A program made the position numbers and the translations under genes. DNA of 41,582 nucleotides, taken from NCBI GenBank assembly GCA_022566265.1, contig JADFJG010000001.1, positions 63,647 through 105,228 on the forward strand, given 5' to 3'. This document shows positions 27,351 to 35,971 of this stretch, in pieces; the first letter of the stretch is position 1; the number at the start of each line of letters is the position of its first letter. The notes below the pieces were generated by a model. The model was not told the DNA's origin and did no database searches. It saw only the letters and a list, made by a program, of their open reading frames with translations. This stretch comes from Pseudomonadota bacterium (GTDB lineage Bacteria; Pseudomonadota; Alphaproteobacteria; SMXQ01).

Positions 27351-28317
27351 GGCCTTTGTCCTTATCGTCGTGCTGCCGCCCGTGATCTGGGTACTGTGGC
27401 GGGGCGAGCGGCGGGCCCGGAGCGCGCTTCGCGCGTTCCATGCGCCCGCGCCCGGAAGATGGCACTTCATCTGCCGCGCCGCCCTCGCCGCCTTGTTCAT
27501 CGCCTCGTTGGTCGCCATCGGGGCGCGGCCCTATACCGAGACCCGCAGCACCGGTGATTTTCTTTTTCTCGTCGATGTTTCGCGCAGCATGAATGCGCGG
27601 TATTCCTGTGGCGAGCCGACCTTCCTCGATCGCTCGAAAAAGGTCATGCGCGACGTGATCGCCAAGGTTCCCGAGGGCAAATTCGGCATCGTCGCTTTCG
27701 ACAGGCTGGCCATTCCCATCACCCAGATGACCTACGATCGCGCCTATCTCGAGGAGGTGATCGAGCACGGGCTGTTCGTCGGGCTGAGCTATCAATCGAC
27801 GGCGACGAAGATCGGAAACGCGCTTTCCGTCGTCGCCGGGAAGAAGAATCGCCTGCCGGAAATCTATGGCAATGTGTCCCAGGTGATTCTTCTAAGCGAC
27901 GGCCATGTCGGGGGCAGCTACCAGAGACGGCTTCAAGGGGCCTTGGAGGAACTGCGAAAAACCGGGATCATGGTTCTCAGCGTGGGGATCGGCAATCCCG
28001 GAGAAACGCCGATCCCGGCGCGGGCGCCGGGTGGCGCATGCACCCGCGAGCTCGCCAGCGCCGAGGGCAAAACCGTTCTCATCCCTCTGCGCGACGACAT
28101 CCTGACCTTCATCGCCGCCGGGACCCGGGGCAAATACTTTGGCGAGGGCGCGACGGGCGCCCTGGTGAAGTTCCTGAGGGAGACCGGCCTGAGAAAAATC
28201 TCCCCCGGCGTGGTGCTCGACAAGAAACAGCGCGCCGACGCCAGTTTTTGGTTTCTCGTGTTCGGCACCATCGCGGCGTTCGGGCTGTTCATGGCCAACA
28301 CGTTAAGAATGGGATGA
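27331..28317 (+). CDS. Membrane-anchored VWA-domain protein (MxaL/BatB-like)
   Basis: Overlaps the previous stop; two N-terminal TMs; MIDAS LVDVSRSMNA, GIVAF, TKIGNAL, ILLSDG, VGIG; C-terminal TM. Confidence 0.9.
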   Translation: MGFAFPEAFVLIVVLPPVIWVLWRGERRARSALRAFHAPAPGRWHFICRAALAALFIASLVAIGARPYTETRSTGDFLFLVDVSRSMNARYSCGEPTFLDRSKKVMRDVIAKVPEGKFGIVAFDRLAIPITQMTYDRAYLEEVIEHGLFVGLSYQSTATKIGNALSVVAGKKNRLPEIYGNVSQVILLSDGHVGGSYQRRLQGALEELRKTGIMVLSVGIGNPGETPIPARAPGGACTRELASAEGKTVLIPLRDDILTFIAAGTRGKYFGEGATGALVKFLRETGLRKISPGVVLDKKQRADASFWFLVFGTIAAFGLFMANTLRMG

Positions 28318-28448
28318 CGTCACCGTTGTCGACCGCCGCGCCGCCCGGCAGGGAAGCGGCCGATGCCGGTCCCCATGGCCGCAAAAACGGTGCCGGGCAG
28401 CCCCGCGCTTTGAGCGGCGCTTGGTGATCACGGCTCGGCGCCGCCGGA

Positions 28449-29396
28449 CTAGCGTGCCCGCTTCCGCTTCGCCTTTGCCCCGACGCGCTTGCGCTTGACC
28501 TTCAGCCCGGCCCGCTTCATCACGCCGTCGAGCCTTTTCGCCACCGCGGCCGTCGCCGGCACCATCGGCAGGCGGTGCTCGTTCTTCTCCAATATCCCCA
28601 TCCGCATCATGATGTATTTGATCGGGATGGGGTTGGTGTCGAAGAACACCGCCTCGTTGAGCTCGGCGAGCTCGTAGTGGAGTTTGCGCGCCTCCCCGAG
28701 CCGCCCCTTGGCCGTCATCTCATAGAGATCGGCGACCTTGCGCGGCGCCACGTTGCCGACCGCGTTCATCATCCCGGCGGCGCCGATACAGAGCATCGGG
28801 AAGCTCAGGTCCTCGAGCCCGACGAAGACCCTGAAATCGAAGCCGAAGCGCGCCAGCATGTGGGTGACGAAGCCGAGGTCGTTGACCGCGTGCTTGATGC
28901 CGACGAGATTCGGCGTCTTCTCGACGATGCGTTCCAGCGTCGAAAGCTGGATCGAGACCGCCGCGCGCCCGGGGATGTGATAGATCATCATCGGCAGGGC
29001 GGTGCGCCGGCCGAGGCGGATGTAGTACTGGGCGAGGCCGCGCTGGGGCGGGCGGATGTAATAGGGCGTCACCACCAAAAGGGCGTCGGCGCCGGCTTTC
29101 TCCGCCCCTTCGCCGAGCACCGTGGTCTCGGCCTCGTTCTGCGAGCCGGTCGCCGCCACCACCGGCACGCGGCCCGCCGCCGCCTCGACGGCGACCTCGC
29201 AGAGGGCGATGCGCTCCTCGATGGTGAGCGTGCTCGGCTCGCCGGAGGTGCCGGTGACGACGATGCCGTGGCTGCCCTCGGCGATCTGGTGCTCCACCAA
29301 TCGGGCGTAGGTGTCGTAATCCACCTTGCCACGTTTGAGCGGGGTGACGAGGGGCGGATAGGAGCCGCGCAGGAAGTTCCGTTTCAGTTTTATCAA
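28449..29396 (-). CDS. DapA/NAL-family class I aldolase (HpaI-not-DapA or hydratase-aldolase type)
   Basis: LRGSYPPLVTP, GTSGE, VTPYYIRP, IYHIPGR, VGIKHA (Schiff-base Lys), TNPIPIK; lies in a catabolic context. Confidence 0.85.
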   Translation of the reverse strand: MIKLKRNFLRGSYPPLVTPLKRGKVDYDTYARLVEHQIAEGSHGIVVTGTSGEPSTLTIEERIALCEVAVEAAAGRVPVVAATGSQNEAETTVLGEGAEKAGADALLVVTPYYIRPPQRGLAQYYIRLGRRTALPMMIYHIPGRAAVSIQLSTLERIVEKTPNLVGIKHAVNDLGFVTHMLARFGFDFRVFVGLEDLSFPMLCIGAAGMMNAVGNVAPRKVADLYEMTAKGRLGEARKLHYELAELNEAVFFDTNPIPIKYIMMRMGILEKNEHRLPMVPATAAVAKRLDGVMKRAGLKVKRKRVGAKAKRKRAR

Positions 29397-29414
29397 GGCG
29401 CTTGCCGCCCTTTT

Positions 29415-30548
29415 CTAATTGGTTACCGCCTTTTCCCGGTTGGTCTCGAAGCCGGCGTGGGAGCCGAGCAAGGAGACCGGACCCTTGAGCTCTTCCTGCC
29501 ACAACAGCGAATCCATGTTGATGTTGAGCGGCATGTCCTGGATCGTCAGCTCATAGACCGGCCCTTCGTCCGAGGCATGGTTGTGGATCGCCCAGCCCGG
29601 CGCCGAAAGCATCAGGTCACCGGCCTTCCACGGGTAGCGCTTGCCTTCGACCACGCTGTAGCCGTTGCCGGCGAAGTAGTAGTTCAGCGCCGCCGAGGCA
29701 TGGCGATGCGGTCGGTCGACGATGCCGCCGGGGCGGATGGTGAGGGTAGCGAAAAAGTTCGGCGTCGTGCCGTTGGTGCGCCCGGTGACCGGATCGTAGA
29801 GCAGATAGAGGCGCCGGCCCTTATATTTCGGACCCAGGCTCACCAGCTTGTCGAGCTCCACCTTGACTTTCTTCCATGGCCAATGGTGGGGCTTGATCTC
29901 GACCGGTTCGGGGTTGATGAGCTTCTCGTAAGGCATCAGCCAGCCGCCGTCCTCGGTGAGCTCGAAGGTGCCGTAGGGGTTCTGGGATCCCTCCTCCATC
30001 TCCTCCGCCGCCTCGGTCATGTCATTGTCCGGGGCGCCGTGGAGTGGCGGGTCCTCATCCACCAGGTGGATGTTCAGCCGCTCGAGCATGGCGCCGTTGG
30101 AGTAGCGCAGACGCACCTGCATATCGCCGGTCTCATTGACATATTCGTGCACCGCCATCGATGGCGTGGTGATGACGTCGTACTGGCTGAATTCGAAGGT
30201 CTCGCCGTTGATCGCCATGGAACCCGCGCCCTGGATGCAGAAGTTGACGATGTTCGAGTTCTGGCGCACTCGCTGGGTGCGCTCGCCCGGCAACAGGACA
30301 TCGACGGAGACATCGATACCCGGCGCCAGGCCGAGGCTGCGGTCGTCGGCCTCGGGATGGGCGATCATCGAACGGCGCACGCCGTTGTTGGGACGCGCAA
30401 AACCCGCGAGCCGCGCGACCTCGGCCTCGATGTCCTCCTTGGAGATCACCACCGGCGGCCAAAGGTCGAGCGAATGATCGCCGTGGATATGCTTGTCCGG
30501 TGTCTGCCGGCCCGACTTATCGACGAATTTCGCTTTCGGATCACTCAT
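29415..30548 (-). CDS. Bicupin ring-cleaving dioxygenase (gentisate / 1-hydroxy-2-naphthoate 1,2-dioxygenase family)
   Basis: ATG 30548 with GGAGG RBS; N-cupin LLPGE...ITTPSMAVHE; C-cupin PHRHASAA...WKAGDL...PGWAIHNH; IQDMPL. Confidence 0.8.
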   Translation of the reverse strand: MSDPKAKFVDKSGRQTPDKHIHGDHSLDLWPPVVISKEDIEAEVARLAGFARPNNGVRRSMIAHPEADDRSLGLAPGIDVSVDVLLPGERTQRVRQNSNIVNFCIQGAGSMAINGETFEFSQYDVITTPSMAVHEYVNETGDMQVRLRYSNGAMLERLNIHLVDEDPPLHGAPDNDMTEAAEEMEEGSQNPYGTFELTEDGGWLMPYEKLINPEPVEIKPHHWPWKKVKVELDKLVSLGPKYKGRRLYLLYDPVTGRTNGTTPNFFATLTIRPGGIVDRPHRHASAALNYYFAGNGYSVVEGKRYPWKAGDLMLSAPGWAIHNHASDEGPVYELTIQDMPLNINMDSLLWQEELKGPVSLLGSHAGFETNREKAVTN

Positions 30549-30589
30549 CGTTACCTCCCTCCTGTTCGCCCCAATGATGGCCCCTGGGG

Positions 30590-31588
30590 TCAGGTCAGAT
30601 TCGGTGTCGTGCGCTTGGGATGGGGATATTTCGCCCCCACCCCCCGATCCACCGCCCGGCGGTAGATCTCGACGGCGGACGCCATGTCGGCCATCCCCAT
30701 GCCCATGAACTTGTATATGGTGATATCGGCGTCGCCGGGGCGCGCTTTTTGCTCCTCGACCAGCTTGCAGATGGGGACGACATCGTCCCAGCCGCCGTTG
30801 GCGGGGCCGAAATAATCGATCAGCTCCTTGGAGCCCTTCTGGCATTGGGCCATGTTGTCGACCACCACCTTGGTACAGCGCGCAAATACGTCCTGGGCGA
30901 TCTCGGCGTTGGCCGGGATGATGGCGCCGCCGGCGTTGATGTGGGCGCCCGGCGCCACCATGGCGGCAAACAGGAACGGCTCCTTGGCCCGGGTGAAGGT
31001 GGTGATGATCGGCGCGTCCTTGACCGCGGCCTCGACCGAGGGGCAGTCGAGGACCTCGAATTCGTATCTCGACTTCAGCAGGGCGACGAACTCGGCGCGG
31101 TTCTCAGGTGTCGGGCTGAACACCCGGACGCGCTTAAGCGCGCGCACCGTCGCCACCGCCGCGACCTGGGGCAACGCCTGATGGCCCGAGCCGATGATCG
31201 CAAGCTCGTCCGCGTCCTCCCCGGATAGCCATTTGGTGGCGACGGAGGAGAGCGCGGCGGTGCGCATCTGGCCGAGCGAAAAAGCCTCGATGATGGCGCG
31301 GATCTGGCCGTCGTCGCTGCCGTGGAGGACCATGATCGGCGCCGCGCCACCGTGGGCGTTGCTCCATACCTTGACCCCCACCAGGCCGTCGCCGGTGAAC
31401 TGCGCCCCGGTGACGTTGAGGCTGCCGCCCGGCCACACGGTCTGGGTCTTGGTCATGTTCTGGGCCTTGCCCTGGGCCTCGAGCAGAAGCCCCTTCTCGA
31501 GCGCCTCGATGGAACCGCTCAAATCGATCAGCGAGCAGACATCGGTCTCGGTCAGCCACAAAAAGCTATCGGGAACCTCGATTGCCAT
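30590..31588 (-). CDS. Ornithine cyclodeaminase / mu-crystallin family NAD(P)-dependent imine reductase
   Basis: GVKV, LGQMRTAALSSVATKWL, IIGSGHQA, GAHINAGGA, YKFMGMGMAD. Confidence 0.88.
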   Translation of the reverse strand: MAIEVPDSFLWLTETDVCSLIDLSGSIEALEKGLLLEAQGKAQNMTKTQTVWPGGSLNVTGAQFTGDGLVGVKVWSNAHGGAAPIMVLHGSDDGQIRAIIEAFSLGQMRTAALSSVATKWLSGEDADELAIIGSGHQALPQVAAVATVRALKRVRVFSPTPENRAEFVALLKSRYEFEVLDCPSVEAAVKDAPIITTFTRAKEPFLFAAMVAPGAHINAGGAIIPANAEIAQDVFARCTKVVVDNMAQCQKGSKELIDYFGPANGGWDDVVPICKLVEEQKARPGDADITIYKFMGMGMADMASAVEIYRRAVDRGVGAKYPHPKRTTPNLT

Positions 31589-31655
31589 CCTCAATTCCTC
31601 CCCGATGGCGATGGAACCGGCGTCTCGAACCCCAAGGCGTTCAGGACCGGGGCGC

Positions 31656-32216
31656 TCACGCCACTTTCTCCTCGGCGAAGATGGACTCGACCGGCGGGGT
31701 CAGCGCCAGGGTGTTGCGAAAGATCGCGTGGGTGACGTTGCGCCCGATGGCCAGCAGCACCGCCACCGCGTGCTCCGGCCCGATGGCGCGAACCACCTCG
31801 TCGAATTCCGCCTCCACCCCGTGGCCGCGGCCCTCGATGGCGGCGAGGACGAACTTCTGCACCTTGCGCTCGTCCTCGCCGAGCGCCGTCGACGCGTCCC
31901 CCTTGAGGGCATTCACGTCGCCAATCCAGTCCCTGCCGAAGCCGAGCTTTTCGCTGAGGCGTTCGTGCTGGTTGCGCTCATAGACATTGCCCATGACGCC
32001 GGCGACGGTAAGGGCCACGAGCTCCACCAGCTTGTCGGGCAATTCCGCCTTCAAGGCCTCGGTGAAGTCGCAGAACGACAACATGGATTTCGGCGCGTTG
32101 GCGCCGATCCGCCAGATCTCGCCGCAATAGCCCAGCCTCTCCACCTTGGGACGCAGGGCGTCCGCCAGTTCGGGCATGAAATCGTCGTATTCGATACGCG
32201 GGATGCGATCGCTCAT
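31656..32216 (-). CDS. Carboxymuconolactone decarboxylase/AhpD-like protein (no CxxC)
   Basis: LPDKLVELVALTVA...NVYERNQHERL matches the AhpD/CMD core helix pattern, with YExxxH in place of CxYCxxxH. Confidence 0.7.
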   Translation of the reverse strand: MSDRIPRIEYDDFMPELADALRPKVERLGYCGEIWRIGANAPKSMLSFCDFTEALKAELPDKLVELVALTVAGVMGNVYERNQHERLSEKLGFGRDWIGDVNALKGDASTALGEDERKVQKFVLAAIEGRGHGVEAEFDEVVRAIGPEHAVAVLLAIGRNVTHAIFRNTLALTPPVESIFAEEKVA

Positions 32217-32266
32217 CCTAAACCCCCGTCGGCCCGGCGCCGGCCCATGTTGGCCAAAAGCATTCC

Positions 32267-32596
32267 TCAACCCGCCGGCAGTTCGACATAGATGTCCTCG
32301 CCCTCGACCCTCACCGGATAGGTCTTGATATCCTCCTCGGCGGGCGGCCCCACCACCTTGCCGGTGGCGATCTCGAAGCGGGCGGCATGAATGGGACACT
32401 CGACGCAGCCATCCTCGACATAGCCGTCGGCGAGCGAAGCGAAGGCATGGGTGCAGGTGTCGTCGGTGGCGTAGAAGCTGCCGCCGTGATTGAAGATCGC
32501 CAGGACGAACTCGCCGATGGTGACCTGTTTCGCTTCATCCTCTTCGATTTCGCCGACCTTGGCGACGAGGTGAGAATTCGATTGCCGTTCACTCAT
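32267..32596 (-). CDS. Rieske [2Fe-2S] ferredoxin of a multicomponent oxygenase
   Basis: DDTCTHAFASLADG...VECPIHAARFEIATG. Confidence 0.93.
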   Translation of the reverse strand: MSERQSNSHLVAKVGEIEEDEAKQVTIGEFVLAIFNHGGSFYATDDTCTHAFASLADGYVEDGCVECPIHAARFEIATGKVVGPPAEEDIKTYPVRVEGEDIYVELPAG

Positions 32597-32713
32597 TAAC
32601 CATAAATCCCGATGTACCGGCTGTTCGATTATATAGCCGGGCCGCGTGAAAAAAGCGGCCGTGATGACCTCCCTGGAATGCCTTGTAAACCGCCGGAACC
32701 GGTGGGGGGCAAA

Positions 32714-32767
32714 TTACATATATATCTAAGCTTTTAATAGCTTGGGTTCCTTTCGGGGGCTTGTCAA
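32714..32767 (-). promoter_or_regulatory. Candidate sigma70 promoter plus palindromic operator for the ferredoxin-cupin operon
   Basis: Minus-strand TTGACA (32767-32762), 17 nt, CAAGCT; immediately downstream is the near-palindrome TTACATATATATCTAA (32714-32729; 7 of 8 pairs match). Confidence 0.55.
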
Positions 32768-32848
32768 CCCTCGATCGGAAAGCCGCCCGACAGCCCCGAA
32801 ACGGCCCGATTCCGCCCCTTAACGGGCCCCTCTCAACGGCCCCCCCGC

Positions 32849-34072
32849 CTAACGGGCGAGGTCCCTGAGCTTGATGCCCTCGTCGGCGAGATCGGCGTCG
32901 GCGACCGGGGTTTTCCTCTCGATCAGGAACTTGGCGATCCTGACCTCGCGCCCGAGGTTGAAGGCGTTGACGGCGACGACGACGTCGCCTTCCATATAGA
33001 AAACGATGAACCTGGCAGAAGCCGGATCGCCGCGCCATACCAGCCGGTCCCAGCTTTGCGGCGCGCCGGCCATCTGCAGGTTGATGTCGTATTGGTCCGA
33101 CCAGAACCAGGGGACCTCGGCGTAAGGGGCGCCGGCGCCGCACATGTTGCGCGCCACGGCAATTCCCTGATTCTGGGCGTTCTGCCAGGATTCCAGCCTG
33201 ACCCTGTGGCCGAGGATGGGGTTGGGGTGATTGGCGACGTCGCCGGCGGCATGGATATCGGCATCGGAGGTCTGGCCGAAGACATCGACGACGATGCCGT
33301 TATCGACCTCGAGGCCCGCCTCCGCCGCCAAGTCCGCGTTGGGGACGATGCCGATGCCGACGATGACCGCGTCGGCGTCTAACGCCCGGCCGTTGGAACA
33401 CACCACGCGGCGCACCCGGCCCTCGCCTTCGAACCGTTCGACGCCGACGCCGGTCAGCACCTCGACGCCGTGGGCGCGATGCACATCGGCGAGAAGGCGG
33501 CCGATCTCGGGATCGGCGACGCGGCCGAGGAGTGCGTCCTGCATTTCGACGACGCTGACCGCGCATCCCCTGGCGCGGGCCGAAGCCGCGACCTCGAGGC
33601 CGATGAAGCCGCCGCCGATGATGACGATGGAGGCGTCCCGGACCAACGCCTTGCGGATCGCCAGTGAATCGTCGATGCCGCGGAGATAATGGACGCCGCC
33701 GAGCTCGGCGCCCGGCAGCGTCAGCCTTCGCACCCGCCCGCCGGTGGTCAGCAGGAGCTTGTCATAGCCGAGGGTCTCGCCATCGCCGAGCCTGAGGCGG
33801 TGCGCCGCCGCCTCGATCCCTTCGACCCGGACGCCCGGGCGATGCTCGATGCCCTTGCCGGCATAAAATTCGGCGGGGTTGAGGAACGTCCGCTCAACCC
33901 CGTCATCATCGCGGAGAAGCTCCTTCGACAGCGGCGGGCGTTCGTAGGGCGGGTAATCCTCCTCGCCGATGAGGACGATCCGGCCATCGAAGCCCTGGGA
34001 CCTCATGGCTTCCGCCGCCCGGCCGCCGGCATGGCCGGCGCCGGCGATGACGAATGTCCGATCCCGCGCCAT
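32849..34072 (-). CDS. FAD-dependent ferredoxin reductase (HcaD/putidaredoxin reductase type)
   Basis: IAGAGHAG, PYERPPLSK, IIGGGFIGLEVAA, AAGDVA, RLESWQNA, VPWFWSDQYD. Confidence 0.93.
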   Translation of the reverse strand: MARDRTFVIAGAGHAGGRAAEAMRSQGFDGRIVLIGEEDYPPYERPPLSKELLRDDDGVERTFLNPAEFYAGKGIEHRPGVRVEGIEAAAHRLRLGDGETLGYDKLLLTTGGRVRRLTLPGAELGGVHYLRGIDDSLAIRKALVRDASIVIIGGGFIGLEVAASARARGCAVSVVEMQDALLGRVADPEIGRLLADVHRAHGVEVLTGVGVERFEGEGRVRRVVCSNGRALDADAVIVGIGIVPNADLAAEAGLEVDNGIVVDVFGQTSDADIHAAGDVANHPNPILGHRVRLESWQNAQNQGIAVARNMCGAGAPYAEVPWFWSDQYDINLQMAGAPQSWDRLVWRGDPASARFIVFYMEGDVVVAVNAFNLGREVRIAKFLIERKTPVADADLADEGIKLRDLAR

Positions 34073-34239
34073 GATCTCCTCTCCTCCCGCCCCCGGTTCG
34101 GCCAGGCGGTTCCCCTTATAGGCCAAAATTCGATTAGGCCAAAGCGCCGCCAAAGCCCGGCCTCCTCTGTCCCGGCGCTCAATGAGTGCCGGCCGTTAAT
34201 GCTTTTCTAGGAAAATTCGGATAGACACGGTACAGCCGT

Positions 34240-34255
34240 GTTAATTTCGGGTTAA
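34240..34255 (-). promoter_or_regulatory. CtrA-binding box (TTAA-N7-TTAAC)
   Basis: Plus strand GTTAA-tttcggg-TTAA equals minus strand TTAA-cccgaaa-TTAAC, about 90 nt upstream of the AAA ATPase ATG. Confidence 0.65.
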
Positions 34256-34346
34256 GTTGTATTTCCGGCTTTGCGATGTTTAGCCGGGCCTTGGGGCCAG
34301 CGCCGCGCGCGCGTGATGCATCGGGCAAACCTGGGAGTTCGAGACC

Positions 34347-35687
34347 ATGATCGAAGAGATCGAACCCGCGCTTGACGATCATCCGATCGCGCCCAGGACG
34401 ATCGAGGGCACCGGCCTCTCCGCCGATCTGCTTCTCCATCTCATGCTCAAGACGATGTATGTGTCGGGGCCGGTCACCCCGGCCAGGTTGTCCAGGAATC
34501 TGGCGCTCCCCCGCTCGATCATCACGGTGCTGATCGACGACGCCAAGGAAAAAGGCCTGGTGGAGGCCCTCGGCGCCCTCGGCGACAGCCTGGTTTCGGA
34601 ATTGAGATATGGCTTGTCGGGCAAAGGCACGGAGTGGGCCATCGAGGCGCTGAACCAATCGCAATATATCGGCCCGGCGCCGGTCACCTTGACGGACTAT
34701 GGGAAGCAGGTTCAGAAACAGCTGATCGCCAACGAACAGATCCGCCCCGAAGCGCTTGCCGAATGCTTTACCCATTTGGTCATGCCCCAGGAGCTGGTCA
34801 AACTGGTCGGGCCGGCGGTGAATTCCGGGCGCACCATCTTGCTGTACGGTCCGCCGGGAAACGGCAAGACGGTCATCGCCCAGGCGATCGAAAACGTGTT
34901 CGAGCAGACCATTTTCGTCCCCCACTGCTTCGAGGTCGACGGCTACATCATCAAGATGTTCGATCCGACCATTCACAAGGTGGTCGGGCCGGCGCCGGGC
35001 TCGGAGGAAGAGGAGGACACCGAAGTCCGCCAGGAACAGCAGTCGGACCGGCGCTGGATCCGCTGCCGCCGGCCGGTGGTCTACACCGGCGGCGAGCTGA
35101 CGCTGGAAATGCTCGATCTCGCCTTCAACCCGATCTCGAAATTTTACGAAGCGCCTTCGCAGCTCAAGGCCACCGGCGGTCTGTTCTTCATCGATGATTT
35201 CGGCCGCCAGTTGGTCAACCCACAGGACGTGATCAACCGGTGGATCATTCCGCTCGAGACGAGAATTGATTTCCTGACCCTTCACACCGGAAAGAAGTTC
35301 CCGACACCGTTCGACGAGCTGTTGATGTTCTCGACCAATATTCCGCCGGAGAAGCTGGTGGATTCCGGCGCGCTGCGCAGGATCCACTACAAGATCGAGA
35401 TCGGACCGCCGAACAAGGAAGACTATGTGACGATCTTCGAGAACGTGTGCAAGGACTACGAAATCGAGCTTCCGTCCGATCTGTTGGCCTACCTGTTCGA
35501 CGATTATTACACGGCGAAGAACGTCGATCTCGCCAGGTACCATCCCAAGTTCATCGTCGATCAGATCAAGTCCATATGTGAGTACGAGGGCGTGCCGTTG
35601 GTGCTGGAGCGGGATCTGGTGGATGTCGCCCTGGCGAACCTTTACGACCACGTGGCCATGGGATTGGCTGACGTGGGCCGGGCTTAG
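34347..35687 (+). CDS. AAA+ ATPase with an N-terminal helical/wHTH-like region, function unknown
   Basis: LLYGPPGNGKT (Walker A), FFIDDFGRQ (Walker B), FSTN, LRRIHYKI, YIGPAPVTL. Confidence 0.85.
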   Translation: MIEEIEPALDDHPIAPRTIEGTGLSADLLLHLMLKTMYVSGPVTPARLSRNLALPRSIITVLIDDAKEKGLVEALGALGDSLVSELRYGLSGKGTEWAIEALNQSQYIGPAPVTLTDYGKQVQKQLIANEQIRPEALAECFTHLVMPQELVKLVGPAVNSGRTILLYGPPGNGKTVIAQAIENVFEQTIFVPHCFEVDGYIIKMFDPTIHKVVGPAPGSEEEEDTEVRQEQQSDRRWIRCRRPVVYTGGELTLEMLDLAFNPISKFYEAPSQLKATGGLFFIDDFGRQLVNPQDVINRWIIPLETRIDFLTLHTGKKFPTPFDELLMFSTNIPPEKLVDSGALRRIHYKIEIGPPNKEDYVTIFENVCKDYEIELPSDLLAYLFDDYYTAKNVDLARYHPKFIVDQIKSICEYEGVPLVLERDLVDVALANLYDHVAMGLADVGRA

Positions 35688-35856
35688 AATCGGCCGCCCG
35701 GGCCCGCTTGACTCGCGCCAGGCCATGGCCTACTCATTAGCCGACAACGTATAGAAAGAATACGGCGATCGCGGACCGGAGTAGGATCAGGCGTCCAGGT
35801 TTTGGACGTTTTTTCGCGCTCGGGGCCATGCCCGGACCGGACATTCCCGGGACATT

Positions 35857-35909
35857 GGCCGCCGGTAGCGGGAGAGGGGGCCGCCGGTAGCGGGAGAGGG
35901 GGCCGCCGG
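35857..35909. repeat. 22-bp perfect tandem repeat (2.4 copies) upstream of the UbiD gene
   Basis: ggccgccggtagcgggagaggg at 35857-35878 and 35879-35900, partial copy to 35909. Confidence 0.85.
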
Positions 35910-35971
35910 CCGCGGCGGAGGAAACGACCGCGTCCACAGTTCTTAAATGTGTTCAGGGCAGAGGGAGCCGA

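Noticed and set aside
15535-31588. Beta-hydroxyaspartate cycle (bhcC-like DSD1 plus bhcD-like OCD)
   Set aside because: The genes are about 14 kb apart on opposite strands, and bhcA and bhcB are absent.
32596-32603. TTAACCAT CtrA half-site at the ferredoxin start
   Set aside because: Overlaps the start codon region and lacks the second half-site; likely coincidental.
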